From NCBI GenBank assembly GCA_001600815.1, contig BCKZ01000003.1:562581-626580 (forward strand): 64,000 bases of DNA, in the 5' to 3' direction. Below, in pieces: positions 39,600 through 51,732 of this stretch (position 1 is its first letter; each line of letters starts with the position of its first letter). The position numbers and the translations under genes were made by a program. This DNA comes from Alloascoidea hylecoeti. Lineage: Eukaryota. Under the pieces are notes generated by a model that made no database searches, had not been told where the DNA came from, and worked only from the letters and a program-made list of their open reading frames with translations.

Positions 39600-40140
39600 A
39601 GTAAACAATGGATCTAATTAATCTTAAACTTCGATTGTTCTTTTCCCGTTTTGAATTAAGGTAACTATTGACAAGATGGTGAGTAGTGGTTGGATATATA
39701 AACAGGAAGTAGGTTTTACGCGTCTCACTTTTTGGAGGTGGGTTTTCTTTTGGCTAAGTAGCACAACAAGGCGAAGGAATGTGCGCAGTGGACACACCTT
39801 ATGGACTAATAGTATCTTTAGAATTACTGAATATCATGCTCCATTTTAAATACAATTTAAAGTCTTGTAAAAGTTTCACATATTGATTATAATATTGCCA
39901 TTTCTATATAGGGTATCCAAAATACATGGCAGAACTTTTGACTTTACCTGGCTGAAAAATTGCGAAACAATATTCAAGGAGAGTAAAGACTACAGCTTGC
40001 GTTTTTTGAGCACTCGAGTTCTTAGCCGACCGTGCTTCACAGTTTTCACACCTCATGTCAATTTTCTGTTGCTATCACATGAGATGTGGTTACAGTTGTT
40101 GTACAATTCTTCATTCATTATAACAAGAACAGAATTCGAA
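39600..40140. repeat. Repeat Y, putative right end of Tc1 family 2
   Basis: Direct match to 45050-45540 (cagtg..acaccttat.gactaatag; gtcttgta; ggca.a.cttttgactttacc; cgtgcttca) and partly to 42440-42620. Confidence 0.65.
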
Positions 40141-40824
40141 TTTGGATACCAATTATATTCAAAAAGAGTGATTTCTCTATAATAAAATTCAGGCTAAATT
40201 TATTTCAAGATCTACATAATTATAAATATATATAAATTTATTCAATTTCAAATAGGTTCATAATTAACAACATTGATAGTTTAATTAAGCTTTATTTATC
40301 CCAGTTAAAATAGTTACAAGATTTTAAGAAAAGAACGTAAAATGTGCTAGGAAGAGAACTCATATCATGATCATATATCAAAAAAAACTGATATACATGT
40401 ATTTAAATTTTCTCGTTTATTTTTTATTTTTATTTGATTAATATTTGGAGCTGGAGTGTATATTTGCAATTGGGAATCCTCCATTCACATCACTCGGAGG
40501 TAATACGAGATGCATGCTAAAAAGCTTATAGCTCACTACTCAGCCTCGTCAATTGCCAAATCGTCAAAACAATTTTAATAATATAAGTTATAAGATAATA
40601 AACGTGGATTAAATAATTGATGTATGTGTGCATATATTTATTGTATGCATATGTAATGTAACTCATTTTAACTTTAGGAAGTCAAAAAATGAGTTTAATT
40701 CTAGGCTTTTGTACTATTTTTTGTCCTCACATCATGATCATATCATGACATTGTAATTAGACGTTACATAAAGCTTGATGTTTATTTTCAAAACCTCAAC
40801 TACATATTTTATCGGACCAAAATT

Positions 40825-41100
40825 TATTAGACAAAAAATATGAAGCAATTATCACAGCGACGGCTAATACCACCACGAACGGTACTAGCTTCGCTACTTG
40901 TACTTTAGTATCGAGAAGTCACATATATCCATACTATTTAGACAGCATACTTTAAGGAAATAGTAATATTTTTAATGGAAACAGAGGTACTCGTGGTTGG
41001 TTTAGATACTGCATGCACCACTAGTTTGATCTTTATTATTCCACGAATGGGAATGAACAAAAATCAAAATATCCAATCTGGTTATATACTTTATGGCAAG
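40825..41100 (+). pseudogene. Orphan zinc-finger family, 5' fragment
   Basis: gcaattatcacagcgacggctaataccacc...gtatcgagaagtcacatatatccatactatttagac...tttaatggaaacagaggtactcgtggttggtttagatactgcatgcac...aatgaacaa...caatctggttata; stops and truncation. Upstream 40490-40710 matches the family promoter. Confidence 0.85.
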
Positions 41101-41629
41101 ATCCAAAGTTGTTTTTTTTTTCTAAATAAAAGAATCATTGGGATCACATTATGTCTGTTGTGAATCGAACCACTCGTTTGCCTTAGTCATCCCCGACTTT
41201 CGCTAATTCGTTGTAACTTTAACCTAGATGATATTCTCCTCATTTATTCTAGTTTAGGTTCTATTATTTAGAATATATATGAGTTCAGTGCCGTGGGTGG
41301 AAGGCAACATCTCAGGAGACCGGATTATGTGTAATCCATTGTGGAATCTGGATCATAAACTTCAACATGCTCAACGTTAATGGATTAATATTAACGTTTA
41401 GTCATGCATTGAACATAATGGATCAATTGCAATATTCAGCAGACTCAGCATATATTAAACATCAGCGATAAAGGAGCACTCATACATCACTTTATAGAAA
41501 CTCTCTTAAATTCTTAGCTAAACTATCACAACCCATTTTTATATACAATTCCAATGCTCTGCTATCTTTGAATAGTTTGAATAGTAGTGAGTATATATGT
41601 CGTGATAGATATCCGCTTAGAGAATGAAA

Positions 41630-42410
41630 ACAATTTCTCGGGAGCCACTTCGAATAAAAACCTATCTACTAAAATACACCAAGACTTTTAGGATAATGAT
41701 ATGCGAAATTTCAGGTAATAGTCATTAAAAAACAATGCTAATCAATGAATTGGGTTGAAATATGTAATACCAGTAAACTTGGTTTCTCAATAAATTAAGC
41801 AAAAGGCTTTACATTGCACCTTCAACTGTGTGATTCATAATGCAGAAGTATCACAACAACTATTCTGTTGTAATGGATGGTCCTCGAAAGAAAACACCGT
41901 AAATAAATTTCTCATAGGGTGGTAATTTGGCTATTCAAATTCCGAGAATTGTAGAATTCAAAGCTTCCCTCGCAAAGACTTACATACAGTACATTTGAAT
42001 AGCTGAGTCAAAAATTCAACACGGTTATCTCAAAAGTCCATTCTAATAATTCTTTTGAAAAACCATGGATATGAAACATTTTCGGGCAAGTAAAGGGCTT
42101 TTTCTGAATGAGGAAAACCAAAGAAAGAAAAAAATATAATCTAATAATAGATTGGAGTGGCAGCCGGACGTTTATGATGGGGCTGTACTCCATTATGAAC
42201 GTTCGGGTGCTACAAGATCTGGGTTCGGAAATGTATGGCTACATAATACATGTATGCTCGACAACAATCAGGCCAAGTCAAGCTTTTGAACTTCAAAACA
42301 TCTATAATTACATAAGGAAGTTTGGGTCTACAATGCATTGGCTCTGGAAGCTTCATGGTATTGGTTGGAAGTTGGAGGTGTGGTCGTACGAACTCGGTGA
42401 TGTCTTTTGC
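41630..42410 (+). mobile_element. Tc1-like family 2 relic
   Basis: SKRLYIAPSTV (HTH), HGYETF..GLFLNEENQRK, YARQQSGQ..AFELQNIYNY; colinear with the 38.6-39.6 kb copy. Confidence 0.7.
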
Positions 42411-43506
42411 AATCTTTTACAGGCTGCTTTTGGGTTCAGATACGCATAAGCAATGGAGTTATGTAATTTCACATATCGATAGTCCTTTCCCCTCTTTGAA
42501 TTATGGTGTCTTTTGGCAAGATGGTGAGGGAGAGAGCGTTGGTTGGTTAAACGGATCTTAGGTTTTTACTCTGAGCATTTGGAGGGCATTTAATTTACTG
42601 TTCGCGAAGGTGCACACGATATATGCAGGGTCTTAATACCTCCTTGTGCATAATAGCTAATTAAAACAAGTAAAGGTTATAAATAAATTAAACAATAAAT
42701 TTTCATCAGACTAACGTTGTAAGTCTATAAAGTGGTAAATTTAACTAATAATATTAATAAAATAATTTTTGTTTATTGTATAACTAGTGTTAGTCACATA
42801 AAATATTTCACCAATGTGTTTATTTTGAATCTAGGTTCAAGCAGCATGACTGTTATTTCTTTAAACGTCAATTACCTACAAGATTAGAAATAATGCTATA
42901 GCTTCATTTTGGTGATATTACTATCATTTTGAATATTTTTCCATACATTATAATTTTGTGGCAGTTCGTGGATATGAATCACCCTGAAAAAATACGAGTT
43001 GCATGGTAAAGCTCTAACGTACAATACAAGCCTCAATTGCAAATTTATCTAAACTATTATTATGGAGACGCAATTTTAATAAATATATTTATAATCTTAG
43101 CTTGAGATAAACGATATAAAACATATACTCAACTAAATCAATTATTTAACTTATTTTTAGACATTCTAATAAAAGTCAAAATGAGTTTAATTCTGGCCGA
43201 ATATTTTTTGTTCTAACTTTATGAGATTGGCTGGACCTTACATGTATGTTCTATTTCCTATTCTTTAAGATTTTTTTAATTGATGTAAAGAACTATTTTT
43301 GATCTTGAAATTTTGAAAAATATTTCAATTGGACTATAATACTGCCCATCATCTTATGAATATATGTATTTAAATAGATTTAAATGTCTTGCTATTGCAC
43401 TTGGTTTGCAATTTAAATCACTTTCTCATAAAATTCAGATATATGTTCAATCGCAATAATTCAAAGCATCAAATATCTCAGAAAATCAACACATTTTATT
43501 TATATC

Positions 43507-44355
43507 ATGAATTCTGATGAAATCAATAAGTTGCTTGATTGGGACCAAGGTACATTAAACGACAACTATAAAGCAATTATCACAGCAGCGGCTAATACCA
43601 CCTTGAGCAGTCTGAGCTCCAGTCCTAGTACTAGTCACAGTAGTGATACTTCACCTAGAGTATCGAGAAGTCACATACATCCTCATTATTTAGACAGAAC
43701 ACTTCAGGAGAATGGTAAAGTCTTTAATGGAAATGGAGGTACTCGAGGTTGGTTTGGGTATTGCATGCAATGGTTTGATCTTGGTATTGGATACTATTGC
43801 ACAAATGAACAAGAATTAAAATATGCAATCTGGTTATACTTTACAGCCAAACTCAAAATGTCTGTACATCTAAGAAAAACATTAATAAATAAAAAAGGAG
43901 AAAAATGTTATGAATATAGTTGTAAAAATTGTGATAAATCTGTGATTACTTATACTCAGAAAAAATCACAAATGAAATCTAGTTCTATCGCTGTAATGAC
44001 CAAATGGGAAGTTGAAAAGATAGTTGAAAATCATGATGATCATTGTAACATACATTCAAATGATAAAACACTAGGGAGGATAAAATGTATGTATTTAGAA
44101 GACCTAATAAAAACAATCAAAAATAAAGAGGGTAACACTAATAATCAATCGCAAATCCGCGAGATAACAGTCGATATTTTGCAAGATATATATCTCGGAA
44201 GAGCTTTCTGCTATTCATATGTGGCATTTACAGAGGTTGATCCTAATGGAAATATAATTCGAGTAGGTACGGATAAATCTACTTATAATGCTATAAAAGC
44301 TGGTAGAGGTCAATTTCTTAGAATGACACGGCCAATTTTTAAGAATGTAATATAG
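43507..44355 (+). CDS. Orphan zinc-finger family copy C (282 aa, intact)
   Basis: ATG-initiated open frame with all family motifs (CKNC...KWEV...NHDDHC). Confidence 0.78.
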   Translation: MNSDEINKLLDWDQGTLNDNYKAIITAAANTTLSSLSSSPSTSHSSDTSPRVSRSHIHPHYLDRTLQENGKVFNGNGGTRGWFGYCMQWFDLGIGYYCTNEQELKYAIWLYFTAKLKMSVHLRKTLINKKGEKCYEYSCKNCDKSVITYTQKKSQMKSSSIAVMTKWEVEKIVENHDDHCNIHSNDKTLGRIKCMYLEDLIKTIKNKEGNTNNQSQIREITVDILQDIYLGRAFCYSYVAFTEVDPNGNIIRVGTDKSTYNAIKAGRGQFLRMTRPIFKNVI

Positions 44356-45049
44356 TTCTACAGATTTAATAGAACGTATGTCACAATTAATAACATGATC
44401 ATGAGCTATAATGCAGTAATAACAATCTTTTTTGATAGTGTGATATTATATTAGTCCCATACCGATATGTGCATCTAATTATTCTAATAACATAACACAA
44501 GATATATTTTTCAAAAAGTCAACCTCTAAATTTTCGAGAGAAAAATATTAAAAAATGTTAGGAAGTGCTATCGAGAGTTATCGACAAGAGCTCCTTCTGG
44601 TTTTTGCTGTAAGTGGTTTTAACAAGGACTTCAAGAAAAATATGAATCTAATAAGTAACAAAAAGTCTCTACCTAATGATAATGATAAGATGTAAAGAGA
44701 GCTGAAGTAAACACTAAGTTTGATTAACAATAATATAAGTAAATGAAGGTAACTTTAGACGAATATCGATTGTGTTGACAGCAGTTATTCAACTTGGTTC
44801 AGCGGTATAGTATAATAAGATAAGCTACTCTCAGATTCACAGGTCAATCCAATAGGGGTTTAAATGATTAACAGTTCCTTAAAACACGACATCAAAAAAT
44901 TTTAGACTGTTAGAGTTAAGCTGTAAAAATATTCATTTCCCTTAAGGAGTTATTCCTAAACTAGTTTATTATACGAATATCTCAAACTTGTTACGAGATA
45001 CGTTAGGGCCCTGCCAAGTGTAAAAAATGGCATTAAATACTTTTAAATG

Positions 45050-45540
45050 TAGGTTCAGCTTTTCCTACTTTGAATTGAGATTTTTTTCGGAATGGTGGTT
45101 CATATAATTGCAAAGAAAGGAAGTATTATGGCCAATTTATTCTCTTGTCCAAGAATTCGAACCACAAGGACAGTGCCACACCTTATAGACGTCGACTAAT
45201 AGAATCTCTAAAATTTAGGGAATAATATGCACTATCTTAAAAACAGTGTAAGGTCTTGTAGAATATTCATTTAATGCTTATAATATATTGTAATTTTTAT
45301 CTCGAGTGTCCAAAAAAGTGGCACAGCTTTTGACTTTACCCGCATAGAATTGTAAGACCTATATATAGATGTTTCACTACGAGAAGGATACTCATAGATA
45401 GGAGATTAAATACTGCAGTTTTCAAGTCGTGAGGATTCAACTTCCCGTCAGACTGTGCTTCAGAGGTATATATGCACACATCATATGCATGGCCATCTTA
45501 TGTTGCGATCTTAACAATATGCAGTTACAATGTTAATATT
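45050..45540. repeat. Repeat Y, second copy
   Basis: Colinear with 39640-40140. Confidence 0.65.
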
Positions 45541-46372
45541 TCTGGATAAATAATGAACATATTCTTTAAAACACGACATTAACTATCTACTTATAAAAGA
45601 AAAGAATGTCAAATGTATGAAGAAGAGAAGTCCTAAATCCAGAACAACTGTATTTGAGTCGGCGTATAATTGCGGTGATCCTTGATTCTCGTATGTCTTA
45701 ATCAACACGACCGATATATCCTCTATCCCCACTTACATATACATAATTATTAACTTATTCAAAATGAGCGTTTATTTCAAACCCCAATCTATCAGTTCAT
45801 TTGATATTTTTCTAATCATAATCAAGTATAGAGTTTCGATTACTAGTTCCTATATTTGTATTAATAGATTTGAACAGTTTGTTGGTATAAATCACTCGGA
45901 GATAACACGAGATACAAGAGAGATGCCGTAGCTAAGCCTCGTCAATTGTAAATTTTTCAGAACTAATTATAATATTATAAGGCCAAAAAGGTGAAGTTTA
46001 ATAATAAACCGGTAAGTATTTTACTTAATACTTAATGTTGTAGCATAAGATGAGCAATATATCATTATGTAACTTATTTTTAGACTTTCCAATAAAACTT
46101 ATAAATGTCAAAATGAGTTTAATTAATATTCTAACCAACTATTTTTTGTTCTTGCTTCATGAAAGTTTGAAAAACATTGCAATTAATATTAAACTATGGT
46201 ACCGCCACCATCATATGAATAGTTAATTTAAGTAAATAAAAGTGTCTTGTTGTTGTTTAAACCACCTCCTCATAAAATTCAAATACTGTTATATACACAT
46301 TTTTTCAATTTCACTAATTTAAAGCATATTTCTAGCTATCCCAAAACCTGAACGACACATTTTACTGATATC

Positions 46373-47214
46373 ATGGATATTAATGAGTTGCTTAATCCGG
46401 ACCAAGATACATTAGACGACAGACTTAATACAAATGTTACACCAGCGGCTAATTCCCCATTAATTATAAAAAATACTACCTCAGCTACAGTATCAAGAAG
46501 ACAAATATATCCGTACTATTTAGACAGAACACTCCAGGAAAATAGCAAAGTCTTTAATGGAAATGGAGGTACTCGTGGTTGGTTTAGATATTGCATGCAC
46601 TAGTTTGATCTTGACATTGGATACTATTGCACAAATGAACAAGAATTAAGATATTCAATCTAGTTATAATTTATAGTAAAACTAAGAATCCATCTGCAAC
46701 ATAGTTATTGGCCTAAAAATAGAGAAGGAGAAAAACACTATACTTATGGTTGTAATAAATGTGATAAAAGTTTAATTACCTTTATTCGCATATAGAATCT
46801 GGTTCTACTGCTGTAACACAAACATAGAAAATTAAAGAGATGGGTAGAAATCATAATGAGGAATGTATAGAGAAAAGTAGTGTAACAACCGAAAGAAGTA
46901 CCGGTAAGCATTTAAGAGACCTAGTACAAACAATCGAAAGTAAAGAGGGTGACGTTAATAATTATAATCAATTGAAAATCTGTGAAATAACCGTCGATAT
47001 TTTGCAAGATATATATCGCGAAAGAGCTGTCTTTGGTTCAGATATCAATGTGCCATACTGGTATACAAAGGTTGATTTTCACCGAAACATATTACGAGTG
47101 GATATGAATAAAGCTACATGGAATGATAAAGAGAAAGAGAAAAAGCCATTTCATAAAGCAATAGTACCAATTATTTATGAGGGCCAGCTGATGTATTATC
47201 ACATAATTCTATAG
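46373..47214 (+). pseudogene. Orphan zinc-finger family copy D (stops and frameshift)
   Basis: First 76 codons encode the same peptide as copy E; then TAG at conserved Trp (46601), further TAG/TAA and a frameshift near 46800. CNKC...NHNEEC and EITVDILQDIY are retained. Confidence 0.88.
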
Positions 47215-47844
47215 ATAAATTTTCTCTATGCTGTTTCAACTTACGTTAACGTGGACTATAATCCTTCTTCTATCGGAAATCATAAAATAGACGTTTCATG
47301 GAAGCGCGTCACATTCGAAGAGCTTTTCCTAGATACCTATGTAAACTTATAATTGTATGTTAATGATGAGTGATGCCATGATTAATGGATCCTTAAATTA
47401 TTTATCAGAAAAATTAGTTTTCGAGAAACAAATTCTATTCAAAGATGTTCAGAAAAAGAGTACTTGCAAAGTTCTACCCTAATAGTTCTTATAAAATAAA
47501 TGCTAGGAAATAATATTTCCTTTATACAAATAAATTAATCTCATATATCTCTGGATAATGATATTATTAATGTCATTATTCATAATGAGGTGAAATTTAT
47601 ATTCGATTTAGAGTAATTGGATTTTTATAATACATTGGAATTGTTAAATTTTAATAATAAAGTTACCATTAATTTCGGCTACCTTTGAACTCTCCTCGTA
47701 TGAATAATTGCAATCAGGAAACACATTAGCAAAGAATTATTGTCCTGAGAATTATCATAAACTTGAGAATTATTCACTTGTACATAAAAAATGAGAAGAT
47801 GTGATGCTTACAGATTTTAAAGCGAGGATCTACCTTCATTAATG

Positions 47845-48430
47845 GTATACATTACTTCGAAGCACTCTTAATACAGCGTCACTAATCTTTTATTTTTGGT
47901 ACTTGATGGAACAGGTACACTCCATGACTTTTCAATTTACTTGTGCACACTAATCAGGGAAGCAGATGCTATATGTTTCATAATTTGGTTCACTAAAGAA
48001 GGGGTTGAAAAAAAGAAGCAAATCTCATCATCAAAAAAGATTTAGCTACAATATAGCACAAGGTAAGAGCCCCCGAAGCTATAACCCCTATTAGTTTTCA
48101 TTTGGGTTTTATAACGATTGGAATTTGGCCTTGTAAGCTCCTGAAGCGTGGTTGATATAAGATATCTGATGATTAATCATTCGGATAATCATCTTAGAGT
48201 GCAAGAATTATTATCCCAAATTTCCACTATAGTGTTCGAAGATCCCTTGAAAACTATTCGAACTGGAACTCACACATCCAGGATAGGGATCGTCAATTCT
48301 CCAGAAATAAGAAATGAAGATGTGTGTTGGAAGATTAGTGACAGTGATCTTAATACGCTAAATCGTCACACCCAAGTAGAGTTTACAAAAGGAATATATT
48401 GAGCAAATACTATCAGAATTAAGATATTAA
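47845..48430. repeat. Dispersed repeat X, long copy
   Basis: Colinear with 35055-35680. The minus strand gives a long frame with few stops starting with hydrophobic LNILILIVFAQYIPFVN. Confidence 0.72.
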
Positions 48431-48708
48431 GTTGATGATAATAATACTATTGGTTTTGAAATTTTTAATGTCCAAGTCCAGAGAGTCTCGGTGGTTTAAT
48501 AATTTTAGTTTTTATATATATATTAAATTGTAAAACAAGTCAAAGAATAGAATTAACAAGATATATTTATAAAAATATAAATAAATTTAAATAAGTCAGA
48601 ACATTATACTTTGTAGCCCACTACTCTGTTTTGAAATTTTACCAGCTCGCTCCTCACTCGAGGATAAATTCGTTATAATAAATACAGATATAGTATAATT
48701 TTAATTAA

Positions 48709-48830
48709 TTAACATTTACATTATATTTATCACATTTTACAACTATTATGACAATAACAACTCTTTGTGTTTGAACTTTTGCATGATCTTGAGGCAGCCT
48801 GAAATCCAGAACATTGGGCACACACAAGAA
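48709..48830 (-). pseudogene. Metallothionein relic
   Basis: Minus strand SSCVC....SCKSSNTKSCYCHNSCK..CKC*. Both flanks match the MT locus (48640-48710 vs 56985-57060; 48860-48930 vs 57400-57455). Confidence 0.7.
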
Positions 48831-48934
48831 GAGATCCTTTTTTTACGTTACGGGACCGTAAAGCACAAATTTCTCCGTTTTAAGTTTTATATTATATGCA
48901 ATAAAAAATTGAGAAGCGCAATGAACGCTGTTTA

Positions 48935-49560
48935 TTCGGAAGCCAGTCCAAATAAAAGCCCACCTTTTAAAACCAACCTCAGAAACACTTCAAGAATAAT
49001 ATTCAGCTAAATTTCAAGTAATTGTTGTTCTAAAGATCAATTGCAACCAGTTAAACGGGTGGAAATCTTTAAATTTAATCTGACTATACATACTTAGCTT
49101 CTCGATTTCCAAAATAGGCAAAAACCTTCAACTGTGCGGTTCACAGTGCAGAAATGTAAATTATGTAATGCATCCTCGAAAGAAGAACCGCAAAGATACT
49201 CGGGAAAGGGTTGTAAATCAAATTCTGGGAGTTGTCGAGGCTTCCCCCTTCAACACGGTTTTTTCGAAGCCCACCCTAAAAACCCTTTTGAAAGACCACA
49301 GACATGGAACATTTCCCGCGAATAAGGTCTTTTATGAATTCATATGAAAATGGAAAAAGGAACAGAAGTATTTTGTCTAGTTCCAGGAGTCAGGACGTCT
49401 GGAATGGTATACATATTGTATTAAGTAATTATAATGGTAGTCGCTACAGGAACTGAATTTGTGTATGATACTCAACGACAGTCGGGCTAAACCTTTCAAC
49501 AAAAATGTTTATAATTATAAGGAAGTCTTTGTATGTGATTACTAGTATAGAATCTATAGA
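48935..49560 (+). mobile_element. Tc1-like family 2 relic
   Basis: ggaagccagtccaaata...caattgcaaccagttaaac..tccaaaataggcaaaa..ccttcaactgtgcg..aacccttttgaaa..ggaacatttc; colinear with the other copies. Confidence 0.62.
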
Positions 49561-50699
49561 TTGGAACTTGAAAAGGAGGAGGTACGTTACTAGGGTAGTT
49601 TCCATGTAGCTAACGGTAAATAATAAACTTAAAATGACACATTACATAATAAAATCTATTAATATATTACGGATCCAGAGCATTATGCACATATTTTGAA
49701 AACCATTTAAGATCTTGTGGAAAATATTCAGTGGCTGGTTGTAATTGATATCTTGCTTTTTTGATTTGGAATGCTCCCAAAAAAGAGGCACTACATTTTA
49801 CTCTATAAAGGTCGACCTATAGTTGAAAATTAATATATAATTCTTAGAATTTTAAGGTTAAAGTTGTTAAATATATAAAAACAACAACAATAAACAATGT
49901 TGCAACTTGCAATATATTAAAGAGCATTAAAACCTTGCAATTGATGATTAATAATTTGATTGTGTTAAGTTTTGACGCTATCAATTACAATATAATTAAT
50001 TAACAATATCCAATCATGATCACTTTTTTTTGATTTAAAAAATTATAATGGACAAATAAGCAAACTGAAAAAAAGAAAAAAAATTTAAACGTTATTAACC
50101 CTCATTATATCGTATTATAAAAAAATTCTCAAATTTATACCTTTTATCACATTTTAAATAATTTCTGGCATATTTTTCTTTTCAAACCTATCACTATATA
50201 TATATATATATATAATTTAATCTCAAGCTTAAGTATATATTCAGACATATTATTATTTATTTTCACAAGTTGTTGCTTTTTAACTGGAGTGATTGAAAAA
50301 TCTTTTAAAGTTTTTAAGATGGTTAACTTATACAAAACAATTGATTATAAAATAGAATAATAAAGATGTAAAATATATTTCAATTAAAATTTATCAATCA
50401 AAAAAGTAGACATATTAAAAAAAAAAAGGAAACATTATTTTATAATCAGCATTAAAACAAAACAAATGAACAAATAACAGAAAAAGAAGTAATAAATAAA
50501 ATTGTGTATCTGAAGAAAGAAAAGAATGGAACATAGCAATAAAATGGAATAAAATAAAAGAATCATATATTTTTTAATCAATGATATAATATAATATTAA
50601 AAGTAAACAGGAAAAAAAAAGAAGATTTTCAAAAATTAAAAAAACATGATTGTTATTTTATCCATTTATAAATTGTAATTTTAATTGTGATTGTGATTG

Positions 50700-51290
50700 T
50701 TAATTGTTAATTGTTAGTATTGTTATTGTAATTGTAAATTATTAGCAGATCGATATTGTTATTGTTTATTGTTTATTGTACTTAAAAAAAAAAAAAAGAA
50801 NANAAAAAATTTTCAAAATATTTTATTAAAATTTAAACTTAAAAGCAAACAAAACAAAACAAAACAAATCAAATCAAATCAAATCAAATCAAATTCAAGT
50901 TTTTCAATATATCTTTTTATTTTTATTTTATATTCATTTGTATCTCATTCATTTACATGAAAAACAATTTAAATTGTTAAGTTGGTTGTATGTTTATAAT
51001 CAAAAATTTAAATTTTTATAAATATTAAACGAAGTCAAAACAAAATTTAAAAACAAAACGAAACAAAATTAAAGCAGAACAGAAACAAAACATATAATAG
51101 TTTTAAGAAAGATAAAAATATAAATAAATAAAAGAAGAAATAAGAAGAAGTAAATGTAAAACTTAATAGAAATTTTAAAAAACAAACAGAAAACAATAAA
51201 CAAGAAAAAAACAAAAGACGAATTGAAGTAAACTAAAAAATTTTAAAAAAAAAAATTAAAAAATTAAAAGTTAAAAGATAAAGGTAAAAG
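50700..51290. repeat. A-rich low-complexity tract with (AAAAC)n/(AAATC)n repeats
   Basis: Poly-A runs; caaaacaaaac..aaatcaaatcaaatc at 50847-50895; two N bases at about 50801. Confidence 0.85.
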
Positions 51291-51732
51291 GTGTTTGAAA
51301 AATAGGTAGTAATTATGATAGTAAGGATAACAACTAAATTTGGAATTAAAGGATTGTTATTGTTAGGTTAAGGATAATGATAATGAATGAAAGGATGATG
51401 TATAAAAGGATTATGAAAATGTAAAAAAGGATAGTGGATTGATTAATTAAAAGGTCTCAGCTCAGTAATATTTACACTCCCAATGTGTTTTATTTTGTTT
51501 ATATTTTACCTGAATCTTTTTATTTGATTGTAATTAAGAATTGAATTGAAAATATAATGATATAAATCTCTCACTCACTTTTTTTTTTCTTTTTCTTTTT
51601 CGTTTTTTTCTTTAAATTTGTGTTTTATTTATACTTTCCGGAAGCTTTGCCATAACCATTAAAAGAAATCATAGTTTTTTCGATTGCAAGGCATTGAATT
51701 GAAAATAAGTAAAATGAGGTGATATAAATTGG

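Noticed and set aside
41285..41380. Possible Gag zinc knuckle (ETGLC..HCG..DHKLQ)
   Set aside because: Needs frameshifts and lacks the final Cys; too short to support.
46373..47214. Restoration of copy D by A-to-I editing or readthrough of UAG
   Set aside because: It also carries a TAA and a frameshift, which UAG editing cannot repair.
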